A program made the position numbers and the translations under genes. A stretch of 62,777 bases of DNA. Origin: an uncultured Planctomycetales bacterium (GTDB lineage: Bacteria; Omnitrophota; Gorgyraeia; Gygaellales; Profunditerraquicolaceae). The stretch is taken from the NCBI GenBank assembly GCA_964487475.1, contig CAZAPM010000003.1, positions 1-62,777 of the forward strand, written 5' to 3'. Shown here one piece after another: positions 60,869 through 62,777 of the stretch (positions within the stretch are counted from its first letter, which is position 1; each line of letters starts with the position of its first letter). Below the pieces are notes generated by a model, which worked only from the letters and a program-made list of their open reading frames with translations, was not told where the DNA came from and ran no database searches.

Positions 60869-62777
60869 AAGGTACGCGCGATACGTTCCGTCGTATGCGC
60901 CTCGATCATATCGCCTTCCTGGTATGCGTCAAACCCCTGGAGGCTGATGCCGCACTCGAAACCTTCGGCGACATCGCGCACGTCGTCCTTGAAACGCTTC
61001 AGGGAGCTGATATGCCCGGAAAAGACCACCTGGCCGTTGCGCACCAGGTCTACGGTGGCGTTGCGCACGATCTTGCCTTTATTCACATAGCAGCCGGCGA
61101 TGGTGCCCTTGGTCAGACGCAGCACCTTCTTGATCTCGGCCCGGCCCATGAAGACCTTCTTGAGCTTAGGCTCAAGCATACCTTCCACCGCGGCCTTGAT
61201 GTCATTGGCCAGCTCATAGATGATATTGTATACCCGGCAGTCGATACCCTCCTTGGCGATCTGTTCCTTGGCCAGGTCGTCCGGGGTGACGTTGAATCCC
61301 AGGATCAGGGCATCCGAAGCGATCGCCAGGATCACGTCGGAGGAATTGATGCTGCCTACGCCCTCGTGTATGATCTGCAGCTTGATCTCGGAGATATTGA
61401 GCTTTTCGATCACGTCCTTGATCGCTTCGAGGGAACCCTGCACATCGCTCTTGATGATCAGCTTGAGTTCCTTGATCTTGCCTTCCACGATCTGGGTATG
61501 CAGGTCCTCCAGGCTCACACGCTTGACGCTCTTGACCTGCGCCTGGCGCTCCTTTTCCTGGCGTTTCATCGCCAGGTCGCGGGCGGTACGCTCGTCTTCC
61601 ACGGCGAAGAACGGTTCCCCGGCTGCCGCCACTCCCGAAAGCCCGAGCACCTCCACCGGATACGCCGGGCCGGCCTCTTTGACCAGCTGTCCGAACGCGT
61701 TGAACATGGCGCGGATCTTGCCGTAATGCTGCCCTACGATGATACTGTCGGTCTGGCGCAGTGTGCCGTTGCGCACCAGCAGCGTCGATACCGGACCCCG
61801 GCCCTTGCTGAGCTTGGACTCGATGATCACGCCTCTGGCCATGCGCGCCGGATTGGCTTTGAGCTCCAGCATCTGCGCTTCCAGCAGGATCATTTCCAAG
61901 AGCTCATCGATACCCTGGCCGGTCTTGGCGGAAACGGGCACCATGATGGTCTTGCCGCCCCAGTCCTCCGAGGTCAGCCCCAAAGCCGCGAGCTGCTTTT
62001 TCACCTGGTCGGGATTCGCTCCCGCCTTGTCCATCTTGTTCATAGCCACGATGATGGAGACCCCCGCCGCTTTGGCGTGATCCAACGCTTCCTTGGTCTG
62101 GGGCATGACCCCGTCATCCGCCGCCACCACCAGCACCACGATATCGGTGATACTGGCCCCGCGGGCACGCATGGCGGTGAACGCCTCGTGGCCGGGAGTA
62201 TCCAGGAACGTGATCTCACCGTGCGCCAGGGTCACACGCCAGGCGCCGATATGCTGCGTGATGCCGCCGTGCTCGGAATCCACCACCTTGGTCTTGCGGA
62301 TGGCATCCAGGAGAGAGGTCTTGCCGTGATCGACATGGCCCATAAAGGTAACGATCGGGGGCCGGGACTTCATCTGCGCGGGCTCGTCCTCCTGCGCATG
62401 GGCATGAAGCATCAACTCCTCGTCATCCATGGCTTTCTTGACCTGCACTCCGAACTTCTGGCACAACGCGGTCGCCGTCGGCTCGTCGAGCAGCTGGTTG
62501 ATGGTCGCCATCACCCGCATGCCCATCAGCATCTTAATCAGTTCCGAAGGCTTTAACTGCAGCCTGACCGAAAGGTCCTTCAGCGTGATCGGAAAATGCA
62601 TCTCGACCTCGCGTAATTCTACTTGCGGGGCAACAGGCGCTACCGGAGGAACCGGTGCAGAAGGCACCTTTACAGCGGGGGCCACGGGCTTAGGAGCGAC
62701 CGCGGGTGCTGCCGGAGGAATCACGGCTTTGGGCGCTGCCGGTGCAGAAGGCACCGTCCCGGCCCCACCTTTAAGGC
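60865..62777 (-). CDS. infB: Translation initiation factor IF-2; 5' end outside window
   Basis: [43 protein letters not shown]; Pro/Ala-rich N-terminal linker. Confidence 0.97.
   Translation of the reverse strand, partial: LKGGAGTVPSAPAAPKAVIPPAAPAVAPKPVAPAVKVPSAPVPPVAPVAPQVELREVEMHFPITLKDLSVRLQLKPSELIKMLMGMRVMATINQLLDEPTATALCQKFGVQVKKAMDDEELMLHAHAQEDEPAQMKSRPPIVTFMGHVDHGKTSLLDAIRKTKVVDSEHGGITQHIGAWRVTLAHGEITFLDTPGHEAFTAMRARGASITDIVVLVVAADDGVMPQTKEALDHAKAAGVSIIVAMNKMDKAGANPDQVKKQLAALGLTSEDWGGKTIMVPVSAKTGQGIDELLEMILLEAQMLELKANPARMARGVIIESKLSKGRGPVSTLLVRNGTLRQTDSIIVGQHYGKIRAMFNAFGQLVKEAGPAYPVEVLGLSGVAAAGEPFFAVEDERTARDLAMKRQEKERQAQVKSVKRVSLEDLHTQIVEGKIKELKLIIKSDVQGSLEAIKDVIEKLNISEIKLQIIHEGVGSINSSDVILAIASDALILGFNVTPDDLAKEQIAKEGIDCRVYNIIYELANDIKAAVEGMLEPKLKKVFMGRAEIKKVLRLTKGTIAGCYVNKGKIVRNATVDLVRNGQVVFSGHISSLKRFKDDVRDVAEGFECGISLQGFDAYQEGDMIEAHTTERIARTL

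Noticed and set aside
62600..62777. 17-nt direct repeat CCGGTGCAGAAGGCACC (62652, 62739) and low-complexity sequence
   Set aside because: Encodes the Pro/Ala-rich linker normal for IF-2 N-termini

Overview
GC-rich bacterial chromosomal segment, probably from a metagenome assembly (one 100-N gap at 42644-42743). All ~60 genes I can support lie on the minus strand and many overlap at start/stop codons. In transcription order (right to left): infB (partial)-trpS-scpA-ruvB-queH-spoIID-like-queA-tgt-TylF-family methyltransferase-trmD-rplS-rnhB-yraN; a Wood-Ljungdahl sub-cluster (fchA-folD-small membrane protein-metF-flavoprotein-acsB); csp, a cupin, tRNA-Pro(CGG) behind a six-hairpin repeat leader, acyP, ligA, a lipoprotein, an MBL hydrolase, xerD, cca, rbfA, nrnA, ribF; a dcw cluster (mraZ to ftsQ-ftsA) with no ftsZ, running into yggS-proC-mtnP-ileS-dksA-like-lspA-lgt-rluD; a coiled-coil membrane protein and aroA; mreBCD-mrdA-rodA-radical SAM; and a degenerate GGDEF/stand-alone MshEN/PilB module. 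Gene content suggests an anaerobic PVC-related lineage such as Candidatus Omnitrophota (inference, not verified). Best leads: (1) an ftsZ-less dcw cluster whose FtsA has degenerate nucleotide-binding motifs; (2) a TylF-type O-methyltransferase coupled between tgt and trmD in a queuosine cluster; (3) the hairpin array between a promoter and tRNA-Pro; (4) a dead GGDEF plus free MshEN plus MshEN-degenerate PilB module; (5) an atypical metF-flavoprotein-acsB arrangement. All calls come from motif recognition by eye; no database searches were run.
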